This document shows positions 28,075 through 38,436 of a DNA stretch of 64,000 nt, one piece after another. This stretch comes from Proteobacteria bacterium UBA6915 (GTDB lineage: Bacteria > Pseudomonadota > Gammaproteobacteria > UBA6915): positions 2,735 through 66,734 of the forward strand of contig DKAX01000094.1 in NCBI GenBank assembly GCA_002450975.1, written 5' to 3'. A program made the translations under genes and the position numbers. The stretch's first letter is position 1, and every line of letters begins with the position of its first letter. Below the pieces are notes generated by a model. It had not been told where the DNA came from. It saw only the letters and a program-made list of their open reading frames with translations, and did no database searches.

Positions 28075-31000
28075 TCAGCGCTTGATCTCCAGCCACTGGC
28101 CTTTGACCCGCGCCTGTTTGCTGGCGTCGTACATGGCCTCACTGACGATGGCGGGCAGATAACAACGACCGGGATAGGCGGCGTTGAAGCGTACCTCCAT
28201 GCGCTTGGACTCGCCGGCCTTGAGGCTGAAGTAGCTTAGGATGCGATCGTCGCGAATATCCTGGTAGTCGAAACCGGCCGGTGCATTGCGCCCCTTGCCC
28301 GATTCGGCCAGACGACTGTTGTTGATCTCGAAACCGGAGGCCGCCATGTGGGTGAGGGCGATGTTTTGTACCGGTTCGCCGGTGCGGTTGGTTATCGTCA
28401 GGCGTGCCACGATATCCTTGCCCTGGGGTACATCGGCGGGTAGGGCATCCAGGGTGATGCCATCCATGATGTAGTTCACAGTCAACGCAATGCCTTGCTC
28501 GGCGGATTGCTCATCACCGGCGGCCGGTGTACCGGCCACGTTGACGGTGACAAACAACGGTCGTGCATCGTCGTTGCTGACGATGATAGGCAGCGGCTCA
28601 TCGCCAAGGGGCAGCACAATTTGGTGAATCGGGCTGGTCGACTTGACCTTTTCATCGCGCTTGCCGTAGTTCAGCTTGAAGGTGAACTTGGTCTTGCCGG
28701 CCTCGCTGTCACCCAAATAATGGGCCACCGCCAACAGTCCGTAGGCCACCTCCTGCGTGCTATACCAACGATCCTTCGCCAGCGAGTTCGACACCGTATC
28801 CACCAGCGATTGCGCGCGCGCGGTGCGACCGGTCAGGCTCAGGGCATACAGGAAAACGGCATTGTCGCGCAGCTCGGAACCGAAAGTCGGGTTGATGGCT
28901 GAATAACCATCGGTCCTGAAATCCAAAGCATCGATCAATTGACCGGCCACGTCGGCCAGTCCGGCCTTGTGATAGGCCGCAGCCAGCCAGGTGCGCGAAA
29001 TGTTGTCCATGCCGCCCTGTTCACGCAGGCGGTTCATGGCGCCCAGCTCCGGTTGACCGACCAGCGCCAGGGTAAACAGGCGGTAGGCCTGTACCGAGGT
29101 GGAGACGCGATCACCGCGGGTCCAGGCGCGCGCCTGATTGGTCTGCGCCTGCAACCAGCCGTTGAGCAGCTCCGCCGGTACAAAGTAACCCAGGCGCTGT
29201 GCCTCCACCAGGAAGTGACCGGCATAGTTGTTGGCCCAGCCGTTGACATTGCTATCGCCCGGCCAGTAGTTCAGGCTGCCGTCACTGCCTTGGAAACGCC
29301 GCAGACGCTCGATGCCTGCGTGTACATTGCTTTGTATCGCATGGCTGCGTTTTTCATCCAGTGCCACCAGCTTGTTGAGGTACAACTGCGGGAACACCGA
29401 AGAGGTCACCTGTTCCAGGCAGCCGTGGGGATATTGAATCAGATAGTTCAGGCGTCGTTCCAGATTGATCGGCGGCATGATCGACACCTCCAGGGTCGCG
29501 GTATTGGTACCGCTCAGGCCGTGGGGTTCGACGCTGTGTTGCCAGCTGTCACCACCGTTGAGGGTGAAGCTGGTCTGGCGCACGGTTTGCGGGTTGGGGC
29601 TGCGCACCTCCACATAGACATCCTGGCTCGCCTCGGCGTCCGTGGAGCTGGCAACAAAGCGCAGATGGGCCTTGCCCAACTGATTCTGCACCTTCACCCG
29701 CAGGTAGGCGATCTGCTCGCCCGCTTTACCGAAGTGCATGGTGGTGCTGCCGCCATCGAGTAGCTCGACATATTCGTCGGTCTCCACGCGCAGGGAAATA
29801 TCACGTTGTTTATCTTCCATGTTGAAGACGGTTACCGGCAAGGTCAGATCCTCGCCCGGACCCAGCACACGCGGTACCGTCGGTGATACCGCCAGTGACT
29901 TGCGCACATAGATCGACTTGTCGGCCAGGCCGTAGGCGGTGTCATAACCGGCCACCACCATGACGCGCACCTGACCGATGTACTGCGGCAGGGTCAGATT
30001 GTGTCGGCGTGTCTGTTTAGCGTTGAGGTGGAACGGGCCGAGGAACTGAACCACCGGCGGGAAACGGCGTTGCTCACGACCGGCGTCGTCCGTCTTTTCA
30101 TCGTCACTGCCGCCCAGCGCCAGCAGGCGTTCCAATTCCGCGCCATAGGCGCCCACCACCTCGTCGAACAAATCCCAACTGGTTACACCCAGGGCTTCCT
30201 TGCGATAAAACTCGCGATGCAGATTGGGTGTCTTGAAGCCGGTGAGTCCGAGCAGGCCTTCATCGACCACAGCCACGGTGTAGGTCATGGCGCGTTCTTG
30301 CGCCTCTTTGACGCTGAACTCGACCCGCGACTCGGGCAACCACTCGTCGGCTGCCTTTAGTACCGGTTCCAGTTTGGTCTTCGGGTCTTGTACCGCCAGC
30401 GGTATCACGCCATACAGTCGTATCGGCCGGTCGTTGGTCTTGCCGGCGTGTGGTTGCACCAGGGTGATGTGGGCGTAGACATTGGGCGCCATCGCCTCGG
30501 TCAACTTGACCTTGATGATGCCGCTCTCTTTGTTTTCGCCTAACTCGATCCAGCGCTGTTCCAGAATCCGGCTACTGCTCTCCAGACTGAACAGTGCACG
30601 ACCCTGCGTGGCCTCGGGCAGTTGCAGGACGGCTGTCTCACCCACGGTGTAGTTTTGTTTGTCACTGAAAAAACTCAACATGGTGGCACCCACGCCGCGC
30701 TGCTCCTGTGCGCGTCCGGCCCAGCCGGGCCAGTCGATATAGACGATCTGACTGCTGCAATGATTCCCGTCCTGGTCACAGGCGCGCACCATATAGCGTC
30801 CCCAGTCCGGGTATTTGATCTGGAACTTCCACTTGCCCTGACCATCGCGTGTCTTCACCACATCCGACTGGATGCGCTGCTGATATCCGGACGAGGCGTA
30901 TTGCGCCAGCGAATCACCGGACTGATCCCACCACCACTTCCACTGGATCTTGAAGATGGAGACCTGTACGCGATTCAGGTCTACGGGTTTGCCGCTGCTG

Positions 31001-33666
31001 TCGACGCTGGCAATCTCCACGGTATGGTCTGTATCGGTGAGCAGCATACCGCGCGAGGCGTCACCCTTGGGCAGTTTGATACCGACATAGTGTTTGAACG
31101 GATGATAGGTGGTGCTGGTGCTGCGTGAACTGAAGGCGCCGCCCTCCTCGAATACGCGTGTGGTGAATTGGGCGCGCAGCATGCCGGGGGCATCGCTGCC
31201 CGACAGGATGGAGGCGTTGAAATAGGCGTGTCCGTTTTCATCGAGACGGCCCTCGAACACCTTCTCCTGATCACCGCGGAAGGTGCGCGACAGGTCATCG
31301 AAGCTATAATCGGTAAAGCTGTTGAAACGGGTGGTGTCCGTCTGCATCTTGACTTCCACATCGGCCTTGAGGCGATTGGCCTTGGCGCCGTGCAGCCATT
31401 GGGCAAACAAATGGCCTTTCACCGGCATCTCGCTGCGATTCAGGGCCTTGTCTTCGTCACCGCCGAAGTCCAGTTCAACGCGCAAGCGGTTGGGTACCAC
31501 CGTTTCGATCTTCAACAGCTTGCTGAAGGTCGTTCCACCCAGTTGTGCCTTGGCCGTCCAGTTACCGGTAGGTGCCTCCTCTTCGGTCTTGAAATTGAAG
31601 GCGTAAAAATCATCTACCGGTTGATTATTGGTGAGCGTCTGCACCAACTGCCCCTGGGGATTGAACAGCTGCATGGTCACCGGGTGATTGGCCGGGATTA
31701 CCTTGGCGCTGTCCTGCAGGACAAAGGTCAAATAGATATCATCACCGGGACGCCAGACACCGCGTTCGCCGTAGATATGACCCTTTACCCCTTTCTCCAG
31801 TTTGACGCCGCCGACATCGAAATGGCTGACAGGTAAGGCGTTGCCGCGACTGAGTTTGAGGTAGTTCTTGTCGTCGCCCTTGCGCGCTGCCACGTAAAAC
31901 GGTACGCCCTCCGGTTTGAAGGTGGCAAAACCATCGCCGTTACTCTCGGCCTCGCCCATAAGCTGGTTCTGGAAATTGTAGAATTGCAGCTCGACACCGC
32001 CCAGGGACTTGCCGCTGCTCAAGGCAGTTGTTGCCAGCTTGACCTGACCGTGGTCGTCCTGTTTGGCAATGATGCCGATATCGGAGGCGATGAAATTTTG
32101 CGCGGCCTTGGTCTGATCGCTGTGCAGGTAATAATCATCCTTGCAGGGATTGTTGCGATCCTGCCAGCGGTTGCTGGAGTAGACGTTGTAGTAATCCTCC
32201 GCGTATTCCCAACTGCTGTATTCACTGCGGTTTTCGTCGTCGGAGCTGATGGGCTGTGGTAATGCCTTTACCGGTAACTCCGAATCGGACTCGCTGCAAT
32301 TGACGCTGGCATTGCCGCGATCGATGGACAGGGACAGGCGATACAGGCTGCCGCGCGCCTCCTTGAGCAGGTCGGTGACATCCAGGTTGTAGCGATTCCA
32401 CTTGTCGGCCTCTATGCCCTTGCCGTCGTTGCCGATGGCAATAGTCTTGCGCCACAGATAACGCCCGACGCGATTGAGTTCACGGGTGCCGTCGATGCCG
32501 TTGGTTTGCAGAAACTGACCCATATTGTTTTCGAAGATACGAAATGCCGTGACCTGCACGGAGTTCACGTTGACCGCCTCGAACGGTACGCTCAATATCT
32601 TGTTGTCCGGCAGGATGACGCCCTTGCCGGTAAAGCGCACACCGGGGTTCTCCTTGGTGAAGAACAGGGTGTGGCTGCTGGTATCGATTAGTTTTTTACC
32701 GGATTCGCTGCTGATGCCGCTTTCCAATGTCACCTGTACGCGGCCGCTGAGCGGGCGTTCTGGGTAGATGCGCAACATATTCTTGTCGATACGGCTGGTA
32801 AAGTTACCCGGCTCCATGCGGATCATGCCTGCCATGTTCTGCTTGGGCGCCAGCGTTTCGGAAAAATAGACCAGGATATATTGCTTGTTGTCCTTGGCCG
32901 CCTGCACGCGGCTGATGGTGAAGTTGTTGATAGAGGGTACCGGTACCTTGCGTTCACCGGCGTTGTCGACTTCGATGGCCTTGCCGTCCCACTTGAGCAG
33001 CAGCTCCGACTCCTGCTCGCTACGCACGATGCCCTTGATGGTGAATTGATGACTGCGGTTGTCGTCGTTGTGTTGCCATTGTAACGGTAGCTGTTTACCG
33101 GAAAATTGTGCGCTAAGCATCTTTTCGACCGCCCCGCTGTCGCTGACATCGGCCGTGGTCAGCTGTCCGGTCAAAACCATCTGATTCGCCTCGGGTGCGC
33201 CATCACTCGCCAGGCCATCGATGTTGATTTCAAAATCTTGCTTGATGACAGAGATGTCAAACTCGTAGGGCAACAAGGTCTGGTCGACGCCGGCCAGCTT
33301 GTCGGCCTTGAGGGCGATGCGATAGGTGTTCCCTCCCGGCATGTCGCCCTTGGACTTGATGGCGATCTCGCGCATATTGGCGAAGGTGATATCGGCGTCC
33401 AGTCCGGGCTTGATCTCGACCGCTTCCGCGGCGCTGCCTCCCACCTGGGCCTCGCCGGCCACATCGACGGAAAAGCGTATAGCCATTTCTGCCTTGCGCG
33501 ACAATTCGCCATTGCTGTGGGAGACCAGGTACTGACTCCACTTGTTGTCCTGTACCGGGGCAGGCAGATCCTTGTTGCGGTTGCAGGCGCCGACCTGGAT
33601 CAATGTCAGTGTCATCAACAACACGCCGGCAGATCGTAAGTATGCCGAAAATTTTCCGTAGTTCAT
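28075..33666 (-). CDS. yfhM: Bacterial alpha-2-macroglobulin (YfhM/ECAM-type lipoprotein, thioester-containing)
   Basis: 1863 aa with an AAGGAG RBS. Lipoprotein signal ...LIQVGAC. Thioester motif GCLEQ (YPHGCLEQVTSS). Confidence 0.92.
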   Translation of the reverse strand: MNYGKFSAYLRSAGVLLMTLTLIQVGACNRNKDLPAPVQDNKWSQYLVSHSNGELSRKAEMAIRFSVDVAGEAQVGGSAAEAVEIKPGLDADITFANMREIAIKSKGDMPGGNTYRIALKADKLAGVDQTLLPYEFDISVIKQDFEINIDGLASDGAPEANQMVLTGQLTTADVSDSGAVEKMLSAQFSGKQLPLQWQHNDDNRSHQFTIKGIVRSEQESELLLKWDGKAIEVDNAGERKVPVPSINNFTISRVQAAKDNKQYILVYFSETLAPKQNMAGMIRMEPGNFTSRIDKNMLRIYPERPLSGRVQVTLESGISSESGKKLIDTSSHTLFFTKENPGVRFTGKGVILPDNKILSVPFEAVNVNSVQVTAFRIFENNMGQFLQTNGIDGTRELNRVGRYLWRKTIAIGNDGKGIEADKWNRYNLDVTDLLKEARGSLYRLSLSIDRGNASVNCSESDSELPVKALPQPISSDDENRSEYSSWEYAEDYYNVYSSNRWQDRNNPCKDDYYLHSDQTKAAQNFIASDIGIIAKQDDHGQVKLATTALSSGKSLGGVELQFYNFQNQLMGEAESNGDGFATFKPEGVPFYVAARKGDDKNYLKLSRGNALPVSHFDVGGVKLEKGVKGHIYGERGVWRPGDDIYLTFVLQDSAKVIPANHPVTMQLFNPQGQLVQTLTNNQPVDDFYAFNFKTEEEAPTGNWTAKAQLGGTTFSKLLKIETVVPNRLRVELDFGGDEDKALNRSEMPVKGHLFAQWLHGAKANRLKADVEVKMQTDTTRFNSFTDYSFDDLSRTFRGDQEKVFEGRLDENGHAYFNASILSGSDAPGMLRAQFTTRVFEEGGAFSSRSTSTTYHPFKHYVGIKLPKGDASRGMLLTDTDHTVEIASVDSSGKPVDLNRVQVSIFKIQWKWWWDQSGDSLAQYASSGYQQRIQSDVVKTRDGQGKWKFQIKYPDWGRYMVRACDQDGNHCSSQIVYIDWPGWAGRAQEQRGVGATMLSFFSDKQNYTVGETAVLQLPEATQGRALFSLESSSRILEQRWIELGENKESGIIKVKLTEAMAPNVYAHITLVQPHAGKTNDRPIRLYGVIPLAVQDPKTKLEPVLKAADEWLPESRVEFSVKEAQERAMTYTVAVVDEGLLGLTGFKTPNLHREFYRKEALGVTSWDLFDEVVGAYGAELERLLALGGSDDEKTDDAGREQRRFPPVVQFLGPFHLNAKQTRRHNLTLPQYIGQVRVMVVAGYDTAYGLADKSIYVRKSLAVSPTVPRVLGPGEDLTLPVTVFNMEDKQRDISLRVETDEYVELLDGGSTTMHFGKAGEQIAYLRVKVQNQLGKAHLRFVASSTDAEASQDVYVEVRSPNPQTVRQTSFTLNGGDSWQHSVEPHGLSGTNTATLEVSIMPPINLERRLNYLIQYPHGCLEQVTSSVFPQLYLNKLVALDEKRSHAIQSNVHAGIERLRRFQGSDGSLNYWPGDSNVNGWANNYAGHFLVEAQRLGYFVPAELLNGWLQAQTNQARAWTRGDRVSTSVQAYRLFTLALVGQPELGAMNRLREQGGMDNISRTWLAAAYHKAGLADVAGQLIDALDFRTDGYSAINPTFGSELRDNAVFLYALSLTGRTARAQSLVDTVSNSLAKDRWYSTQEVAYGLLAVAHYLGDSEAGKTKFTFKLNYGKRDEKVKSTSPIHQIVLPLGDEPLPIIVSNDDARPLFVTVNVAGTPAAGDEQSAEQGIALTVNYIMDGITLDALPADVPQGKDIVARLTITNRTGEPVQNIALTHMAASGFEINNSRLAESGKGRNAPAGFDYQDIRDDRILSYFSLKAGESKRMEVRFNAAYPGRCYLPAIVSEAMYDASKQARVKGQWLEIKR

Positions 33667-33709
33667 CTTCCTCTCCTTGCCAGCTGCAAATGGCCAATCA
33701 TTGTTTTAT

Positions 33710-34360
33710 TCAGTAACCGCTAATGGAAAAGTGCATAAAATCTTTTTGCCTGCCCAGGATGGCGCCACCCCATTGCAGGCCGATGGTTCTCATGGCGCGC
33801 ACCACCGGTCCGTCCGCGCGCAGTGCCGCCGGTTGCGTCGGATTCCAGCGCCCGCCGCGCAATAGCCGGCATTGGGGTCCGAACTCCAGGCAATTGTCGT
33901 AGAGTCCGTTGAACTCGGCGTTCACATCCAGGGCGATGCCAAAACTGTGGTTGCTAAAGCGGGTGCGATTGCCGTGGGCGTCAGGATCGCCGCGGGTCAT
34001 GCCCACGCGATAGCCGACGATACTGTAAATAGGAACGCTGGATTGTTGCAGGCGCGTAAAGGTCTGTTGCACGTCCTGGGCAATCAGCTTACAGACGCTA
34101 AACGGTGCCACGCCGGGCAAGCTGATCTCTACCTGGTCCTGTTCGCAGACCGAGCAGCCGGTAGCGGGGTCTTTTTCGCCCGCGCTCAAGTCCGTATAGG
34201 GGAGGCTTACCCGGCGAATATTCACCGCGCGCTGTTCGTGTACATTCCATTGGTAGGTGGAATAGGTGCATAGCTGCGCCACTGCCGGCAAAGGAGTAAG
34301 CGCCAACAGCGGAAAAAGCAAGAGAAGACCAGCGCTTATAATAATTTTGACTGCATCCAT
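33710..34360 (-). CDS. Secreted M15-family (VanY/D-Ala-D-Ala carboxypeptidase-like) metallopeptidase
   Basis: Start moved to ATG 34360 (MDAVKIIISAGLLLLFPLLALTPLPAVAQ). Zn-ligand pattern HSFGIALD plus FMHFS. It ends 43 nt upstream of the A2M start. Confidence 0.65.
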   Translation of the reverse strand: MDAVKIIISAGLLLLFPLLALTPLPAVAQLCTYSTYQWNVHEQRAVNIRRVSLPYTDLSAGEKDPATGCSVCEQDQVEISLPGVAPFSVCKLIAQDVQQTFTRLQQSSVPIYSIVGYRVGMTRGDPDAHGNRTRFSNHSFGIALDVNAEFNGLYDNCLEFGPQCRLLRGGRWNPTQPAALRADGPVVRAMRTIGLQWGGAILGRQKDFMHFSISGY

Positions 34361-34632
34361 ACCCAGCACTTTATAACTTTGACTACTGTATCCGTTCCCT
34401 GTCGAAGAACTTCCCTGTCGTGTACGCCGCCCAATTTGAGTGTTTTTTGTACAGGTGAACCGATGCGCGTACAGGCCATCATTGTGCACTTCGAGATATT
34501 GAATGTCATCCCCCGCGACAGGTAATCCCGGGATTCTCAGGGGGACCTTTGTCGAAATGATTTGCTCAACAATTACTGCTGAGAGTCATGGGTAACGACC
34601 ATAAATTAGATAACCTAGGGTTAAGGCGAGGA

Positions 34633-35262
34633 TTAGTCGAGTGTCAGCGTGGTCAGCTTGGAGCGGTGTTGTTGAAAATAGAGCGTCAGCGCCATCAGGG
34701 CCCCGAGCGTGTCGGCGAGCATGTCCTTCTGTGCGTCCCAGGTGTCACCCTGCGAGCCCAATACTGCTATACCCGCTGTCGGATCGGCCATCAGGGCGAA
34801 CTGCCATTCGAATATTTCATAAAGACCGGCTACGGCAATAATGGCAAACAGGGGAAAGAGAAAAACAATCCAGGCGCTACGCACCAAACGCTTTTCGGTT
34901 AACAGTTCGGCGATGGCGTAGGCATAGAATCCCACAGAGAAGTGCGCAATGCGATCAAAGTGATTGCGTTCAAAGTCAAACAGATCCGTGACAAAACCGA
35001 AAGGTACGCGCTCGAAGGTGTAGTGCCCGCCGATAGTATGCAGAATGATAAACACGGACATTAATAAATAGGCGCCGTTGGAAAAACGGTGCCAGCGGGA
35101 CATGATCAGTAATACGCCAACGACCAGAAATACGGGAATATTTTCGGCCCACCATACGCTGCGGTCATAGGGCTCGATGGCGCACAGGGTAAAAACGACT
35201 ATGTAGAGGCCGAACAGCGCCAAGGGCATGCGCCAGGGATGGTGTCTATCGTTTGCATTCAT
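34633..35262 (-). CDS. DUF2238 (YjdF-like) inner-membrane protein
   Basis: 209 aa and polytopic. The N-terminus ...FTLCAIEPYDRSVWWAENIPV resembles the YjdF family. Confidence 0.55.
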   Translation of the reverse strand: MNANDRHHPWRMPLALFGLYIVVFTLCAIEPYDRSVWWAENIPVFLVVGVLLIMSRWHRFSNGAYLLMSVFIILHTIGGHYTFERVPFGFVTDLFDFERNHFDRIAHFSVGFYAYAIAELLTEKRLVRSAWIVFLFPLFAIIAVAGLYEIFEWQFALMADPTAGIAVLGSQGDTWDAQKDMLADTLGALMALTLYFQQHRSKLTTLTLD

Positions 35263-35536
35263 GCTCGCTACCTTTTAAACCCATGTCAGGCAATATCCGC
35301 AACACCCTATCACTGCGGCTGGTGCGCTGGCAACAAATCAGAATGTCCATTTTGCGTCGTTCGGGTGTGAAGGACGGTACTAAGTTGATCGTCTGGATCA
35401 AACCCAGGGTGGAACTGCTTTTATCAAGATAGTAATAAAATGGACGTCTTGCCGGAATGAAAACGGCACACTATAGTTAGTTTGCTATTAAGCGGAATGT
35501 ATAGGGTGTCATATGGCCTTGTTGAAGGAGTCAGTC

Positions 35537-36622
35537 ATGCCAAAAGTCCTGTTTTTGTCAGTCTTGTTAGTCAGTTTAACGGTGTCTTGTTCCGTTGACG
35601 ATCAGGAGACACAGAAACTGCAAGATCAGCTGGATGCCGCCTACGAGGCCTGTATGAATGAAGGCATCGATGACCTGGAGGCCCTGGAGGATGCGCTGAA
35701 TAACGGCGGTCAAAACCTGAGCAAGCCCTGCCGTACCGCCCTGGGTAAGATCGATTTTCAAGGCGTGGTTGATTCGTTCAAATTCAATCTGGCATTCGAA
35801 ACGCCTACCCCCGGCAAGACCAGAAATCCCTTCCGAGACCAGGAGTCTTCCTGGTTGGCGTTGACGCCCTGGAATGCTACTGATAACAGTTTCTATATCA
35901 GCACCGGCCTGGATACCAATGATCCGGCCGGGATAGTTATTGAGGGTGTGGATATCAATGGCAATAAAACCGCACTCACTGCCAATGTGGCCGACATTTC
36001 TTCAAGCCAGCTGGCCATCAATTACACCACCGACTATTCGGGCAGCATGTTGCTTGATGATATTGTTGCCGTTAGCGGTTATTACCAGGATCTGCACGCG
36101 GTGCTGCCATCCGGTTATCTGGGGCGTGTAGACATCTTCAGCGATGCGGTCACCAACAAAACCGGTTTTACCACGACCGCTGCCACGATCAATACGGCAT
36201 TGCAGCATGATACTGCCTACACACGGGCCAGTACCGCCTTGTATGATGCCTGGAGTACCGCCATAACCGCCCTGAACGGTCGCGGGGAAAAGGTCAGGAT
36301 CAATATCCTGACCACCGATGGTTATGAGAACTCCTCCACCGCTACAAAAACCGCGCTAACAACTGCTGTGCAAGCCAGTGACGCCTTTAATGTCATCATC
36401 GCCTCCGGTTGGGCGGAGGTTGATACCTTGTCGACTATCCTGGGTAGCAAAGGAATACTGATCTACAAATATCAGATCGACGAGGCCTATGCCCTGGCGG
36501 CAGACATGCAAAATGCCCTGGGCGATATCGACGTCGTTACCATCCCAGGCGGGATCAGCGGCTACAAAAAAATTCTGGTCTCCTATCAAGGAAAGGCCAA
36601 GCTGACGCTGACATTACCTTAG
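35537..36622 (+). CDS. Lipoprotein with C-terminal von Willebrand factor A-like domain
   Basis: ATG at 35537 follows GAAGGAG. Lipobox LTVSC. MIDAS-like DYSGSM and ILTTDGYENSS are present. Confidence 0.7.
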   Translation: MPKVLFLSVLLVSLTVSCSVDDQETQKLQDQLDAAYEACMNEGIDDLEALEDALNNGGQNLSKPCRTALGKIDFQGVVDSFKFNLAFETPTPGKTRNPFRDQESSWLALTPWNATDNSFYISTGLDTNDPAGIVIEGVDINGNKTALTANVADISSSQLAINYTTDYSGSMLLDDIVAVSGYYQDLHAVLPSGYLGRVDIFSDAVTNKTGFTTTAATINTALQHDTAYTRASTALYDAWSTAITALNGRGEKVRINILTTDGYENSSTATKTALTTAVQASDAFNVIIASGWAEVDTLSTILGSKGILIYKYQIDEAYALAADMQNALGDIDVVTIPGGISGYKKILVSYQGKAKLTLTLP

Positions 36623-36692
36623 CTGGCCCGCGGTTTGAGTAATGTGCCGTGGTGTGTAATTGCAATAGGCTAGGAAATGCTGAAAGATGCAA

Positions 36693-36908
36693 TTACTTGG
36701 GTTGGCTCATCAGTCTTTGCAGTATTGTCTGCAATTCATCTACCCCCATATCGATATGCTCGACCACGCGCCCATAAAGCATGGCAGTAGGTACGTTGCG
36801 CCCGCCTAGTTCCTTTTGCGCCTCATGCAGGCAATACAGCACAACGCGTTCCTTGCGGGTGAGGCCGTCGCGCACGTCGGGTAAGTTTTGATAATCCTGA
36901 CTATTCAT
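36693..36908 (-). CDS. Small (71 aa) winged-helix-like protein
   Basis: Last gene of a tight minus-strand operon. DGLTRKERVVLYCL is loosely reminiscent of the GyrA/ParC N-terminal DGLKPVxRRxLY segment. No family assigned. Confidence 0.5.
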   Translation of the reverse strand: MNSQDYQNLPDVRDGLTRKERVVLYCLHEAQKELGGRNVPTAMLYGRVVEHIDMGVDELQTILQRLMSQPK

Positions 36909-36921
36909 GATGCGTGATATT

Positions 36922-37320
36922 CTATGAACCCTCTTTGTTTTTACGCCGCCGTTTGGCCGGCTCTGGTGCGCACAACAATTCGATCAGGCGCTCTACCTGT
37001 TGCGTACAACAGCCAACCCCCATGGTGGCGTAAGTCTCTTTCCGTACAGCTTCTACCGTTGTCGCGCCTTTGACGATGGCATTGATGATTTCGATCTTCG
37101 GCACATCGTTGCAGGTGCAGAGATACTTGTCCAAATCCTGCCTCAGCAGCGGTGGCAGTTTGTTCAGGGGGCTGTCAGGATTTGAGTCCAATATTCGAAT
37201 ACCGAAGTGACGAAAATATTCATGCGCATTATCGGTCGGCATGCCGGCAAAGTAAATGCGATAACCCATCAACAGTGTTTGTGATAGATAGAGCTGGTCT
37301 GGCGTTGTCGTATAGCTCAA
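36922..37320 (-). CDS. BFD-like [2Fe-2S]-binding domain protein
   Basis: 132 aa. CTCNDVPKIEIINAIVKGATTVEAVRKETYATMGVGCC fits a BFD-like CxC...(~30)...CC pattern. The tail is basic. Confidence 0.6.
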   Translation of the reverse strand: MSYTTTPDQLYLSQTLLMGYRIYFAGMPTDNAHEYFRHFGIRILDSNPDSPLNKLPPLLRQDLDKYLCTCNDVPKIEIINAIVKGATTVEAVRKETYATMGVGCCTQQVERLIELLCAPEPAKRRRKNKEGS

Positions 37321-37332
37321 AAGTGTAAGTGA

Positions 37333-38409
37333 CTAAAATTCCTCACCGAACAACAGTCGCCATGCTGCTTTATAGGCGACGACTTCGCGGGTTTCCGGCG
37401 GTAGATTGTTGATGAAGGCTCGAAGGTTGCGGGTGTGCTGGTTAATCTCGTTAACACGGTCGCCGCCCATATCCAGGGCTGCCAGAAAACGGTAGGGATA
37501 ATCGGTTATCAACTGCACCCACTCAGGGCGCACCACCCCGGTTCCTTGCCAGACCGTGGCATGGTGTTCGCCACTGCCGGGATAGACCGAGTCGGCCCCG
37601 CCGAAGGCCAGATCGAAATAGATGTTGGGATAGGTCTCGATCAATTTGCGCACATAGTCCGGGTCGTAGTTTATTGCCCGCGTGCGATAACGCACCTGTC
37701 CCAGATGGCACCAGATCACACGCGCCTTGGGATAGTGCGCCAGCATTTTTTCCAGTGGATCAAGCAAGGCATCCTCAATTTCGTAATGAATCTCGAACGG
37801 TATGCCCGATAGTTCCGCAAAGGCAAACAGACGTTGCCCTGCCTCAGAGTCTATGGCAATCGTCACGTCACGATAGGCTTCACCGCGCCGATACTGACGC
37901 GGTGACATATAGTGGCGGAACTCGAACTCACCCATCAGCGGATAGGCCTGTTCCGAGACATAGGCGATGGTCTGTTCGACAAAGGCCAGCGGTTGTTCAC
38001 TGAAGGCGGGATAGATTCCTGCGGTCGATGTCGGTATATAACGCGCCGGGTCGATGCCGACGGCGCGGCGCGCACCGTCACTCCACAGATTCCCTTTGGC
38101 GTACTTCTTTTTTCCGACCTGCGGTGAAAAGGCGGTGACGGCGATACCATTGCTGTCCATGGCCTTGGCTTAGGCGCGGGCATCGATGGCGCGGGTGTTA
38201 AAGGTGGATTCGATATCGATAATGGGCAAGCGCCCGCTGGCCTTGATGGTTTCGATACGTTGACGCCAGGCCGGCTTCAGTGCAGCGATGTCAAAGGGGG
38301 CGGAGGCCTTGTCGTGTTTACCGATAACAACTGCAGGCGGTAATGGGCTATAAATCACGGAGGCGCAACCCGTCGTGCAACAGGTAATGAATGCCAACGC
38401 CAGTCTCAT
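37333..38409 (-). pseudogene. Secreted amidohydrolase-2 (TIM-barrel metal hydrolase) interrupted by one in-frame TAA at 38170-38172
   Basis: ORFs 38170..38409 and 37333..38160 are in the same frame, separated by TAA plus 3 sense codons. The sequence reads ...PIIDIESTFNTRAIDARA*AKAMDSNGIAVTAF..., continuous with the family pattern (IDxHxH-like strand, then MD..GI). The N-terminus MRLALAFITCCTTGCAS is signal-like. Confidence 0.65.
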
Positions 38410-38436
38410 AACGTCACCTTTCCGCGACTCGGACGA

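Noticed and set aside
28939-31836. Several 170-270-aa plus-strand ORFs inside the A2M gene (28939..29763, 30622..31128, 31168..31836 and others)
   Set aside because: All are antisense to the 1863-aa A2M ORF, which has an RBS, a lipobox and a thioester motif. The composition is typical of GC-rich shadow frames.
38170-38172. Recoding (selenocysteine or pyrrolysine) explanation for the in-frame stop in the amidohydrolase
   Set aside because: The codon is TAA, not TGA or TAG, and I saw no SECIS-like hairpin. A nonsense mutation or sequencing error is more parsimonious.
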